Positions 18,983 to 28,334 of a DNA stretch of 46,242 bases are shown here, piece by piece. A program made the translations under genes and the position numbers. Each line of letters opens with the position of its first letter. Positions within the stretch are counted from its first letter, which is position 1. The DNA comes from an uncultured archaeon (GTDB taxonomy: Archaea > Thermoplasmatota > Penumbrarchaeia > CAZUZU01): contig CAZUZU010000001.1 of assembly GCA_964624865.1 (NCBI GenBank), positions 2,823 to 49,064 on the forward strand, written 5' to 3'. The notes beneath the pieces are model-generated. The model searched no databases and had not been told where the DNA came from. It saw only the letters and a program-made list of their open reading frames with translations.

Positions 18983-18995
18983 ATTTTTTATATTA
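18983..18995 (+). promoter_or_regulatory. TATA-like box upstream of the M14 carboxypeptidase operon
   Basis: atttttta-tatta sits in an A/T-rich stretch about 30-50 nt upstream of the candidate starts at 19021 and 19039. Confidence 0.35.
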
Positions 18996-19038
18996 AAATC
19001 ATAGTGTCGTGTATTGATAAGTGATTGGGAGAAATTAC

Positions 19039-20796
19039 ATGATACGAAGATCTAGGTTAAGGCACCTCGTAATCGGACTGTTTGTGGTTCTATTCCTTCT
19101 CGTGTCATCACTGTCGGCCTTTTCCTTACCTACCCATTCTAAGATCATAACCAAGGAAGAAAGCGGGTATAGGCCCCTGTACGAGGTGGACAGGGACATG
19201 CTCCAGAATAAATACGATTTTTCAAAGATCGGGGACGTTGACGACGATCCCTCCGATTTCCAGAGATACTACACATACGAGGAGATGGAGCGGGACCTAA
19301 AATCACTTACCTCCCAACACAGCGACATTGCACAACTCCACCAGCTTACCCGCACGTACGACGGGCATTACGTTTATGCCGTAAAGATATCCGACGAGGT
19401 CGGGACACAAGACCCGGAAGAGCCCGACGTTCTGTTGATAGGCGCGCATCACGCAAGGGAATGGCCCTCGTTCGAGGCGCCCATGTACTTCCTATTCCAT
19501 ATTCTGGAGAACTACGGCACATGCGCCAGGGCCACCTGGCTTGTCCACAATCGTGAGATATGGGTGATCCCGATGCTCAATCCCGACGGCGTGGTCTACG
19601 ATATGGAGACCGGGGGAGGGAGCTGGCGAAAGAACAGGGAACCCAACTACCTTTCCCAGACCGTTGGCATTGGTCCTCTGCCCGACCCGAAACTCGTTCC
19701 CGTATCCTACGGCACTGACCTGAACCGCAACTACGAGTATCGATGGGGTTTCCTTGGAGGATCCAATCCCCACTTAAGCTTCGTTGGAAACTATCCCGGC
19801 CCGCCTGACAACAAGGACGACGACGGGGACGGGTTGATGAACGAGGACCCTGTTGACTTGGAGGACAATGACAGGGACGGTAAGGTTGACGAGGACACAG
19901 CAGGCGGCTTTTCCACAGCTGAGACCAGGGTCATAAGGGACCTTGCGGAAGCGAACGATTTCGTGGTCTCCCTCTCTTTTCATACCTATAGCGAGCTCAT
20001 TCTCTGGCCCTGGGGATGGACCGATGAACCTACTCCGGACGACGAGATATTCGTGAAACTTGGCACGGAAATGGGTCGAATGACCAACTATACCCCGCAG
20101 CAGGCCTACGAGTTATATCCGGTTGACGGGGACAGCGACGACTGGCTCTATGCTATACACGGCGTATATGCCTTTACCATAGAGATGTGCCAGGAGTTCA
20201 TTCCACCGGATGAAGAGGTTCTGGAGTTTTCCCAGCTGAACCTCGGCCCCCAGCTGTTCCTTGCCGAAGTGGCGGACAACCCTTCCATGGAGGAAGTGGA
20301 GATAATCCACGAACCTCTGGATAATGTCAGCGAGCCTGTGGACTTCTATCCCGTTAAGGCAATTATCAACGATCCCTACCAGATATTGAACATGACCACC
20401 GAGGGCCTGCCGCACATGGAAGAGGAGAAAGGTGGCATGGAACTCTATTACAGGGTGGACGGGGGTGAGTTCAAAGCCATGGAAATGGCCCTTAGAAAAG
20501 CGAAGAACGGTACCCCGTTCTACGAGGCGGACATCCCGTCTCAAAGGGAGGGAAGCACCATCGATTACTACTTCTCGTTCACTGATCCAAGGGGTGTGGT
20601 GGTCTCAGATCCAAAATATTCCCCCTATTCACATCACACTTTCAGCATCAAGACAGTGGAGATTGAGTTCACTCTCTCACTTACAGGAGCTATTATAACT
20701 GCGGTGCTTATCCTATCCGCATGCTGGGGCGGTTTCGCTTACACCGCCAGGATGGGGTTCATCGCAGAGCGGAGGAAGGAGGAATTGTATGGCTAG
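19039..20796 (+). CDS. Membrane-anchored zinc carboxypeptidase, peptidase family M14
   Basis: GAHHAREWPS carries the HxxE zinc motif. NPDG, NRNY, and SFHTYSELILWPWG (third zinc His) are also present. There is an N-terminal signal/anchor and a C-terminal TM helix (LTGAIITAVLILSACWGGFAY). The ORF track starts at GTG 19021. I prefer ATG 19039 (MIRRSRLRHLVIGLFVVLF). Confidence 0.9.
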   Translation: MIRRSRLRHLVIGLFVVLFLLVSSLSAFSLPTHSKIITKEESGYRPLYEVDRDMLQNKYDFSKIGDVDDDPSDFQRYYTYEEMERDLKSLTSQHSDIAQLHQLTRTYDGHYVYAVKISDEVGTQDPEEPDVLLIGAHHAREWPSFEAPMYFLFHILENYGTCARATWLVHNREIWVIPMLNPDGVVYDMETGGGSWRKNREPNYLSQTVGIGPLPDPKLVPVSYGTDLNRNYEYRWGFLGGSNPHLSFVGNYPGPPDNKDDDGDGLMNEDPVDLEDNDRDGKVDEDTAGGFSTAETRVIRDLAEANDFVVSLSFHTYSELILWPWGWTDEPTPDDEIFVKLGTEMGRMTNYTPQQAYELYPVDGDSDDWLYAIHGVYAFTIEMCQEFIPPDEEVLEFSQLNLGPQLFLAEVADNPSMEEVEIIHEPLDNVSEPVDFYPVKAIINDPYQILNMTTEGLPHMEEEKGGMELYYRVDGGEFKAMEMALRKAKNGTPFYEADIPSQREGSTIDYYFSFTDPRGVVVSDPKYSPYSHHTFSIKTVEIEFTLSLTGAIITAVLILSACWGGFAYTARMGFIAERRKEELYG

Positions 20797-22342
20797 TGCC
20801 GGCAAGGGCGGTTTCACCTCCAGGTGGGGGCTTATACTGGCAGCGCTGGGTGCGGCGATCGGCACAGGTAACATATGGCGTTTTCCAATGAAGGCGGCCA
20901 TGTACGGCGGCGGCTCGTTCCTGATACCGTGGCTTCTCTTTCTCTTCATATGGTCCATACCTCTGCTGATGGCGGAGTTTGCTCTTGGCAAGGCAACCAG
21001 AATGGGTACCATAGGCACTTTCAAGAAGTTCGTCGGCAAGAAATTCGCCTGGATGGGTGCATGGATGGTGTTCGTGACCACCGCCATCAACTTTTACTAT
21101 GCGGTGGTAATGGGCTGGGTCCTCAGATACTTCATGATCTCCGCCACCGGCAATATAGGGGGAGATACGCATCACATATGGGCTATATTTATAGAGTCGC
21201 CGCTGCAGGTGGTGTTCTTCCAGGCCCTTGCGGTCTTCATCGGCGCCTACGTGGTATACAGGGGCATAGCAGGCGGTATAGAGAAGGCAAATATGATCCT
21301 TATTCCTACCTTGTTCGTACTGCTGATCTTCACGGCGATATGGGCCCTTACCCTCCCCAACGCGATCACGGGTTTCGTATATTTGTTCACTCCCCAGGTG
21401 GACGCAAACGGAGTTCCCTTTCTATTGAGGGGAGATACGTGGATCGAGGCACTGGCACAGAGCGCTTGGAGCTGCAGCGCGGGGATGGGGATGGCGATAA
21501 CCTATGCCGTGTACATGAAGAAGCGCGAGGACACCAACCTCAACCCGGTTATTGCCGGGCTGGGAAACAGCTCCGCCTCATTGATCATCGGGATAGCCGT
21601 ATTCTCTACGGTATTCGCCCTCTCCGCTAATCCCCAGGGGGTAATGAGAACAGATTCCACCGCCCTTACCTTCATCCACCTTACCAACTTATTCAACACC
21701 ATACCGATGGGATATCTGCTCGCAGGTATCTTCTTCCTTGCAATGTCATTTGCCGCACTGACATCCCTTATTTCTGGCTATGAGATCGCTTGTCGAAATT
21801 TTATGGACGCCGGCTTTTCCAGGCCCAGGGCGATCAAGGTGGTGGCGACAGCAACCTTCATACTCGGTCTCCCGTCAGCGACCATTATTGGGTATATTCA
21901 TGGTGAGCCAACCGCCGCGTTCCTGGAGAACCAGGACAATGTATGGGGCCTTGGCTTGATCCTAAGCGGCCTTTTCGTGTCCTTCGCCGTATGGAAGTAC
22001 GGCGCGGAGAGGTTCAGACAGAAGTACATAAACACCGAGTACAGCGACCTGCACGTGGGCAAGTGGTGGACATATATCATCACCTACGTGTTCCCGGTTC
22101 TATTCACCGTTCTGATAGCATGGTATATTGTACAAACCTACCTGGAAACATCGGCGAGGTGGTGGGCCTCAGGACCGATCGGACTGCTCCTGCTCCTGCT
22201 CCAGTGGGGGGTGGTAATATTCCTTCTTTTATTGTTCAACAATCGGATAGCCAACGCGGTGAAAGGTGGTATCATGGGGGAAGACGGGGAAGAATGGCGC
22301 TCGGAAGGCGAGGAGGGCGAAGAGGTCTACGTGCTTGAATAA
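20789..22342 (+). CDS. Sodium-dependent transporter, SNF/SLC6 (LeuT-like) family
   Basis: SRWGLILAALGAAIGTGNIWRFPMKAAMYGGGSFLIPW is the hallmark TM1 motif, and about 11-12 hydrophobic helices follow. The start overlaps the M14 gene end by 8 nt, with GGAGGAAGGAGG about 7 nt upstream. Confidence 0.9.
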   Translation: MASAGKGGFTSRWGLILAALGAAIGTGNIWRFPMKAAMYGGGSFLIPWLLFLFIWSIPLLMAEFALGKATRMGTIGTFKKFVGKKFAWMGAWMVFVTTAINFYYAVVMGWVLRYFMISATGNIGGDTHHIWAIFIESPLQVVFFQALAVFIGAYVVYRGIAGGIEKANMILIPTLFVLLIFTAIWALTLPNAITGFVYLFTPQVDANGVPFLLRGDTWIEALAQSAWSCSAGMGMAITYAVYMKKREDTNLNPVIAGLGNSSASLIIGIAVFSTVFALSANPQGVMRTDSTALTFIHLTNLFNTIPMGYLLAGIFFLAMSFAALTSLISGYEIACRNFMDAGFSRPRAIKVVATATFILGLPSATIIGYIHGEPTAAFLENQDNVWGLGLILSGLFVSFAVWKYGAERFRQKYINTEYSDLHVGKWWTYIITYVFPVLFTVLIAWYIVQTYLETSARWWASGPIGLLLLLLQWGVVIFLLLLFNNRIANAVKGGIMGEDGEEWRSEGEEGEEVYVLE

Positions 22343-22449
22343 TAATCCGTATTTTTTATATTCGTTTTTCGTATCGATGCCTTTATATCCGTATGAGTGG
22401 GCCCGGGGGAAAGATTTATAGGTGATCGACCCGTAAGAAAGATGATACA

Positions 22450-23916
22450 ATGGAAAATGGATCGGGTAGACATTGGCCCAGCCGTACCGGTTTTCTTTTG
22501 GCGGCCATGGGCTCGGCCATGGGCCTGGGGAATGTGTGGCGGTTTCCTTACTTTGCATATAAATACGGCGGCGGAGCCTTTCTCGTTCCCTATCTAATAG
22601 CTCTTTTTACAACCGGGATACCTTTATTGATCCTGGAGATGGGAATCGGGAAGAACATGCAGGGATCCCCTCCCTTCTCATTCCATAAGATGGACCGGCG
22701 TTTTGCCTGGCTGGGATGGTTCATGCTTCTGGTAGGCTTTGTTATAATCATTTACTATACGGTGGTGATCGGTTGGTCCTTGGCCTATATGCTGAAATCA
22801 CTGACCCTTTCCTGGGGCACGCATCCCGAGCATCATTTCTATAACGATTTCATTGGTCGAACCTCCTCTCCCGCCCTCATGGGGGGTATCGATCCCACTT
22901 TGTTGATAGTAATTGTGACCACGTGGGCAATAATGTACTGGATCGTTTGGAAGGGTGTGAAACGGGTAAGCAAGGTGGTTAAGCTCACGGTTCCCCTGCC
23001 GGCATTGCTACTTGTGATATTAGCCATTAGGGGCCTTACCCTTCCCGGCGCGTCCATAGGTCTGAATTATTACCTTTCCCCAGATTTGGGGGCATTGCTT
23101 GATCCAGAGGTATGGCTTGCAGCCTACGCCCAGGTGTTCTTTACGCTCTCGCTTGCAGGCGGGGTTATGATAGCCTATTCTTCTCGTTTACCGGAAGACG
23201 CAGATGTTACCAACAATGCACATATCGTATCTTTTACCAACTGTGGTCTGGCCTTCTTCGCAGGTCTTGTGGTTTTTTCCACCTTGGGTTACCTGGCTTA
23301 TTCCACTGGGCAAGATATCGGTACAGTGGTGGAGAGCGGGCCCGCCCTGGCTTTTGTCATATATCCAACGGCCATCTCATTAATGCCCGCGGGAGCCGCT
23401 CTTTTTGGCTTCATTTTCTTCCTCACCCTATTTCTTTTGGGTATAGATTCGGGATTTGCCTTGATAGAGGCATTTGTCATGGGTTTCAGCGAGGCGGGAT
23501 TTGATGAGAGAAAGGTCCTGACCGCCGTTACCTGCGTCGGAACGATCATCGCACTTCTGTTCGCTACCGGCGGCGGCTACCATTGGCTTACCATCGCGGA
23601 CCAGTTCTTCAACGAAGTAGGGCTTCTCATTATCGGAGTTATCGAATGTTTGGTGGTAGCCTACTGCTACGGGCCAGATAGATTCCGCTCTCTCTGCGAC
23701 GAGACGTCCGAGATACCTATTGATAAGTGGTGGAAGAACAGTATAATGTATTTCACTCCGATCATACTTTCCATCATACTCATACTTAGAATTGCGGATA
23801 CGGTGGTCAACGGTTACAGCGGCTATCCAAACTGGGCCATAATTCTGGGGGGATGGTTGCCTCTACTGATACTCTGGCTGGGCGGGATATACCTGTGGAG
23901 GAGGTGGAATTATTGA
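22450..23916 (+). CDS. Sodium-dependent transporter, SNF/SLC6 (LeuT-like) family, second paralog
   Basis: WPSRTGFLLAAMGSAMGLGNVWRFPYFAYKYGGGAFLVPY is the hallmark motif, and the protein is polytopic. Confidence 0.9.
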   Translation: MENGSGRHWPSRTGFLLAAMGSAMGLGNVWRFPYFAYKYGGGAFLVPYLIALFTTGIPLLILEMGIGKNMQGSPPFSFHKMDRRFAWLGWFMLLVGFVIIIYYTVVIGWSLAYMLKSLTLSWGTHPEHHFYNDFIGRTSSPALMGGIDPTLLIVIVTTWAIMYWIVWKGVKRVSKVVKLTVPLPALLLVILAIRGLTLPGASIGLNYYLSPDLGALLDPEVWLAAYAQVFFTLSLAGGVMIAYSSRLPEDADVTNNAHIVSFTNCGLAFFAGLVVFSTLGYLAYSTGQDIGTVVESGPALAFVIYPTAISLMPAGAALFGFIFFLTLFLLGIDSGFALIEAFVMGFSEAGFDERKVLTAVTCVGTIIALLFATGGGYHWLTIADQFFNEVGLLIIGVIECLVVAYCYGPDRFRSLCDETSEIPIDKWWKNSIMYFTPIILSIILILRIADTVVNGYSGYPNWAIILGGWLPLLILWLGGIYLWRRWNY

Positions 23917-24632
23917 ATCTTAGTGCATGGGTCGTTCTCATCATTATATCCTTAATATTGTACGGTGGTTCGCTAAGGCATATATTAATCGCTCTAAAGC
24001 TAAGGCCGAAAGATATCATATGTTCGCTGACTGTTGATAATCTCAGGAATCATTGGGCCTCGGGCCTCAAACAAAAGCTACAGTTGCTGGCCTCTCTTTT
24101 TGTACTATTGATTTTAATAGGCATGATAGTGTCTTTCAGCATGGAAGATATAGGTAAATTCGTACCTGGTTCACCAGAAAGGGAGAAGGAAAGAAGGGTT
24201 TTGTCTTCTTCAATGGAGACCCGCGGTTATCTTGGGGAGGGAGAGAGCAAGGATATAGATCTGGAATTTGTCAATCGAACCGTGGTTAATGCCACCTTTT
24301 GGTTAAACTGGACTGATGACGATACCCAGGAAATAGGAGCGGGTGTTATACTGGGTTCCGAAAACCAACCGGACGGCTTTACGCTCCGAATTCGAACTCC
24401 TGAAGGGGAGGAAAAGGCGGAAACGGGCTATAATGATTTGGACACCGGGGAAGGGTCTTTGGTGATAAGGATATCCATTGGAGGGGGTGAGATGGAAGAA
24501 GATTGGGAATTGACTATAAAGTGCGTGGAGGCAGGCGACAGTGTTGGTCAACTCTCCGGTCTGACCACAGCGGAAGATCAAGGCAACGATTGGGAGTTAT
24601 GTGTCAGTTACGAATATGTGGAATATGTATGA
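23853..24632 (+). CDS. Hypothetical membrane protein (2 TM helices plus an acidic beta-rich C-terminal domain) downstream of the transporters
   Basis: The TM helices are AWVVLIIISLILYG and LLASLFVLLILIGMIVSF. No family was recognised. The ORF-track start overlaps the transporter by 64 nt. A GTG (23904) or TTG (23913) start overlapping the transporter stop is equally plausible. Confidence 0.5.
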   Translation: MVASTDTLAGRDIPVEEVELLNLSAWVVLIIISLILYGGSLRHILIALKLRPKDIICSLTVDNLRNHWASGLKQKLQLLASLFVLLILIGMIVSFSMEDIGKFVPGSPEREKERRVLSSSMETRGYLGEGESKDIDLEFVNRTVVNATFWLNWTDDDTQEIGAGVILGSENQPDGFTLRIRTPEGEEKAETGYNDLDTGEGSLVIRISIGGGEMEEDWELTIKCVEAGDSVGQLSGLTTAEDQGNDWELCVSYEYVEYV

Positions 24633-24642
24633 TACAGTGTTA

Positions 24643-25068
24643 TTATTTGTCAGGCCTGTAGAAATCCAGGTGGTTTCCACCCCTTAGAATCAAGCATTTT
24701 ATCCCCAGTTCCATGCTCTCGTTCCTTATCTCCTTGTCATTTGTGAACAAAACCAGGTCCTGGCGGCGATCCTTTTCAATCCCGCATCTTAGAAAGGCCA
24801 ATATCTGGTTATCCGCGTTGGTTATATCGGATACGTCATCGGCACATTCCCTTGCCCATTCCGGGCCGTGATCATCTATTTTGGAAATATAATTCAGAGC
24901 GGCCCTTGCATCCCGGTTATGCTCTGCCAGCACCATTAATTCCTTTCTTACCGCCCTTGGAATGAAAAGATCATACAATCCCAGAATTCTCTCTAGTTCC
25001 AGGTCGAGATTGTATCCGAACTGGAAAGGGCTCATCAAAGCGTTGGTGTCCGCCAGAACAAGCTTCAC
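24643..25068 (-). CDS. PIN-domain nuclease, Fcf1/Utp24-like (COG1412-type) or VapC-like
   Basis: MKLVLADTNALM carries the first acidic residue. IPRAVRKEL and VLFTNDKEIRNE...CLILRG follow. The 141-aa length fits. The start lies 3 nt after the stop of the upstream surface-protein gene. Confidence 0.65.
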   Translation of the reverse strand: MKLVLADTNALMSPFQFGYNLDLELERILGLYDLFIPRAVRKELMVLAEHNRDARAALNYISKIDDHGPEWARECADDVSDITNADNQILAFLRCGIEKDRRQDLVLFTNDKEIRNESMELGIKCLILRGGNHLDFYRPDK

Positions 25069-25070
25069 CC

Positions 25071-27344
25071 CTAGCGCCTCCTTTTCTTGATATTGCGTCT
25101 GAATGAGAATACCATGATAAATGTGTAGGTCCCGAGGATTATGAGACCTATACCTATCCCGAATATCTCTTCCTTGTATTCCACCAGGAAATCTTCTAAA
25201 ATGAAACTCTCGTCCTTCTTTTTCTTGTATATGAAATCCACCGATGCCTGGTTGTCCGTTTCGTCCTCCTCGGGGATAAGATTGCCGTAGTCCACGAGAA
25301 CTAAAACTTTGTTCTTTCCCTCCCTTGGCTTATGAGAGAAGTTCATGGTGTTTTCCCCTCTCGGTCTTATCTCTTCGCTTATTGTGTAGTTGGTTTCACT
25401 CCCGCCCTCGAATATTATTCTCACCATGATCCCTGATGCGCTCACGTTCCCGTTGTTGCCGATTGTCACCCTGCCTTTTCCCTTTTCCGGTTCTGTGATA
25501 TTGAGCCTTTTTATAAATAGATTCGGGAACTGATAGGTTACGTTCAACTCGAATACGTCAGTCCATTCCATGCTGTTCCTGCTCATTACCACGAACCTCA
25601 GGATCTCATGTAAGTGTTGAGGATAATCAGCACCCTGGATGGTGAAGTTGACCTCGGTGAAGTTACCTGCGTTCAGATTAACGGCTTCCCTGTGGAAGGT
25701 CAGGCGATTGGAAGAAGAGATGGTCGTCCTCAACTCGAAAATATCGTCTCCGTTCCCCGTGTTCATGATGATAATACTGCCGTTGGTCCTGCCGCGGGGC
25801 GTCACCTTATATGTCCTGTTCTCGGTTATTATTGAAAAACCAAAGGTCTGATTTATGTGAACCTCGCATTGTGAAACGTAAGTAAAATTTACCGATTCCA
25901 GGCTGAGGCGCACCGAGAGAATATAGTTGCCCGCCATAGTGTTGTTGTCCACCCCGAACCTGGTCGCGATGTACATGGATTCCCCCGCGTATATGGTTGC
26001 TGTTTTGATAGATGCTCCCTCCCATATGAAATCGGTGGTAATATCCATTTCCGACTCGGCTTCCAGTGAGAAGTTCATGTTGTAGGTGTGGAGGTTGGTA
26101 ACCTTCAATGTAACGCTGGCCGTTTCCCCGGGTACCATCGAAACGCTGGCCGGGGTCAGATACTCGGGTACTATAAGGGGTTCCAGGCTTATATCCAACT
26201 GGGCCTTGAAATTAAGCGTTTTTTCCTGCTTGAATGTGCCGTTCTCCTCAGCTGAGAAATGCCAAAAGAGCTCGACCTCAAAGCTCAGGTTGGCCTGGAC
26301 CATACCGTTCTGGGATAAGAACTCATTGTTCGGCGAGGTGACCTCCAGCAGCATCATTTCGCTCCCCTTGGGCGATAATGATACGTTGGACGGGATTAGC
26401 CTGTGGCTCCAGCCGGTTCCTGTCAAGGTATCGAGCCGGGAGCCGTCCTGGCCCAACATGGTCAACATAGGGGAGGCGGTAACGCTCTCGTTGACCCAGC
26501 TGTTTATCAACACCTCGAATGAATCGGTCATGCCCGGCTCGATGTTGATCCTAGTGGGGGTTACATTGCTCATCTCCAACCTATGGTCGGCTTTTATGTT
26601 GATCAGGGCTTCGAGCTCAAATGAAAGGTTGGATTCCCTGATCGAGACGTTTACCTTCAGGTCCACCTGCGAGGGGATCGGGGCTTCCAGAGGCACCTTG
26701 ACCCTGACCTCTGTTGTAGTGGTCTCGTTGGTATGACTATAAACTGTTCCCGAGGTGTAGGATTCAAGTTGTTCTTTTCCCTCATCGTTGGTGAGATTAG
26801 CACCGGACCTTAAGTCTGCTATTTCGTCAGTATTTCCTGAATTTATTATTGTAAGCGGTATGGAGACCAGGGCACCAGGATAGTTTTTCTGTTCGGTCGT
26901 TTTTTCCCCGTTGTCCCAGTTCACCTCCAGCCCCCTCGAAACGGTGATTGAAACGGTTAGATTCAACTCCTTGGTTATATCCTGCCCCTTTGCCGTTACG
27001 GTGAATGTGATGTTGCCCTTTTTTTCTTTAGGGAAATATCGATCCGCACCCACCTCGACGCCCACTTCAAATTCCTTCGATGCATTGATATCGACCTCCG
27101 CGGCGTTCGGATTTACTGTAAGTCGTTTTATCTCGGTTGAGAAGTCGATGGAAAAGGTCTCTTTCTCGGACAAGGTATTGTTTATGGTCAGTATTATGAT
27201 CTGGCTCTCGCCGGGACCCAGGATTACGAAATCCCGGTCCAGGGAAATCGTGAAATCTTCCGCTTTTGTTGAATCCGCCCGGCCCGGGTTGACCAAGGGT
27301 AGGAAGAATATGAGCAGCAGAGCAATAAAGGCCCGTCTTTGCAT
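25071..27344 (-). CDS. Secreted, C-terminally membrane-anchored surface glycoprotein with repeated beta-sandwich (CARDB/NEW3-like) modules
   Basis: I prefer the start MQRRAFIALLLIFFLPLVNPGRA (ATG at 27344, GGTGA about 6 nt upstream), 17 nt after the KaiC-like stop. The ORF-track start at 27452 would overlap that gene by 91 nt. There is a C-terminal TM helix (IFGIGIGLIILGTYTFIMVFSF) followed by RRNIKKRRR, and many N-x-S/T sequons. Confidence 0.75.
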   Translation of the reverse strand: MQRRAFIALLLIFFLPLVNPGRADSTKAEDFTISLDRDFVILGPGESQIIILTINNTLSEKETFSIDFSTEIKRLTVNPNAAEVDINASKEFEVGVEVGADRYFPKEKKGNITFTVTAKGQDITKELNLTVSITVSRGLEVNWDNGEKTTEQKNYPGALVSIPLTIINSGNTDEIADLRSGANLTNDEGKEQLESYTSGTVYSHTNETTTTEVRVKVPLEAPIPSQVDLKVNVSIRESNLSFELEALINIKADHRLEMSNVTPTRINIEPGMTDSFEVLINSWVNESVTASPMLTMLGQDGSRLDTLTGTGWSHRLIPSNVSLSPKGSEMMLLEVTSPNNEFLSQNGMVQANLSFEVELFWHFSAEENGTFKQEKTLNFKAQLDISLEPLIVPEYLTPASVSMVPGETASVTLKVTNLHTYNMNFSLEAESEMDITTDFIWEGASIKTATIYAGESMYIATRFGVDNNTMAGNYILSVRLSLESVNFTYVSQCEVHINQTFGFSIITENRTYKVTPRGRTNGSIIIMNTGNGDDIFELRTTISSSNRLTFHREAVNLNAGNFTEVNFTIQGADYPQHLHEILRFVVMSRNSMEWTDVFELNVTYQFPNLFIKRLNITEPEKGKGRVTIGNNGNVSASGIMVRIIFEGGSETNYTISEEIRPRGENTMNFSHKPREGKNKVLVLVDYGNLIPEEDETDNQASVDFIYKKKKDESFILEDFLVEYKEEIFGIGIGLIILGTYTFIMVFSFRRNIKKRRR

Positions 27345-27361
27345 TTTTTCACCGAAAGTTG

Positions 27362-28072
27362 TTATATGGGCAGGGTGGCCCGGAAGGCTCTGTCCTTGAA
27401 CTCCAGCGCGTAGTAGGAGGTGTTGTGGTCCACGCCCCTCATCTTCACGCATCTGATCCTGCGGTGGAAGTCTATCTTGCCCACCTTTACCATGGTCAGG
27501 TAGATTATGCCGTCAGCAAGGTACTCCTCCACGTCTATCCTTTCGCTGCGCCCGGGCCCCACCGTTTCAGCAACCAGGAAGGTGGTTATCTTCATCTCCC
27601 TGAGCCACTCGAACAGGCGGAACATGCTCTCCCTTTCCTTCCCTTCCTCCAGGCCGCCAAGGACCTTCAAGGCTTGTAGGGAATCCACCACCAGCAGCTC
27701 TATCTTGTAGTTGTTGCGCAGGTGTGTGATGAACGCCTTCATTGAGTCGAGCCATCCCCCCGAATCCTTTGCCATGTTCTTCCTGATGGTGGCCACGTCG
27801 ATGACCTTGAGCTTGTCCTTGGGCTCCGGGTTCATGCCCAGCTTGGACATCTGGAACACCAGGCTGCTCCTGTTCTGCTCCAGAGAAATGTATGCTCCCG
27901 GGATGCCGGCCTTCTTCGCGTTGTGGAACAGGGTGGAGTAACCAAGGGACGACTTCATTGTACCGGGCGCGCCCATTATCAGGACCACGTGCCCCCGAGG
28001 TATGCCGCCGCCAAGCACCTCGTCGAACCCGTTCACGAATGTCTTGTACATTATCCCGTTATCCATTTCCAT
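27362..28072 (-). CDS. KaiC-like / RecA-superfamily single-domain ATPase (COG0467-type)
   Basis: GGIPRGHVVLIMGAPGTMKSSLG is a Walker A-like motif. ELLVVDSL is Walker B. The protein is 236 aa. The Walker A has Met where the conserved Gly precedes Lys. Confidence 0.8.
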   Translation of the reverse strand: MEMDNGIMYKTFVNGFDEVLGGGIPRGHVVLIMGAPGTMKSSLGYSTLFHNAKKAGIPGAYISLEQNRSSLVFQMSKLGMNPEPKDKLKVIDVATIRKNMAKDSGGWLDSMKAFITHLRNNYKIELLVVDSLQALKVLGGLEEGKERESMFRLFEWLREMKITTFLVAETVGPGRSERIDVEEYLADGIIYLTMVKVGKIDFHRRIRCVKMRGVDHNTSYYALEFKDRAFRATLPI

Positions 28073-28270
28073 TTCCTCTACCCTTCCATATGGAATAACC
28101 TGTTATTAATTATTTTGGGGGGTTGTCAAGGCATTGATCTCGCTATAAATACGAAAAGTCAAGAGGTAGCAGGAATGGATAGTTATGTAGGATTGGAGGA
28201 AGAGGAGTGTATAATTTGAATTCAATTGTCAAGATGAGAAGAGCCAAAACAATTTAATGATTGTCGAAAG

Positions 28271-28282
28271 TTTTTATTATAA
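28271..28282 (+). promoter_or_regulatory. TATA-like box for the response-regulator gene
   Basis: tttttattataa lies about 55 nt upstream of ATG 28335, with GGAGAG at 28323-28328 as the RBS. Confidence 0.35.
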
Positions 28283-28334
28283 TTCTGTCATATCAGAGTG
28301 TGATAAAAGGAGTAATCCGATTGGAGAGATACGA

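Noticed and set aside
20875-21630. A 251-aa + ORF in an alternative frame of the first SLC6 transporter gene
   Set aside because: The peptide is Arg/Gly-rich and non-membrane-like. The transporter frame carries the hallmark GNIWRFP motif.
27345-27452. N-terminal extensions in the ORF track: 25071..27452, and likewise 28257 for the regulator, 5568 for purL, and 30050 for the giant ORF
   Set aside because: The extensions would overlap the upstream gene or lack an RBS. The internal ATGs give proper signal peptides or canonical domain N-termini, with SD-like sequences or short intergenic gaps.
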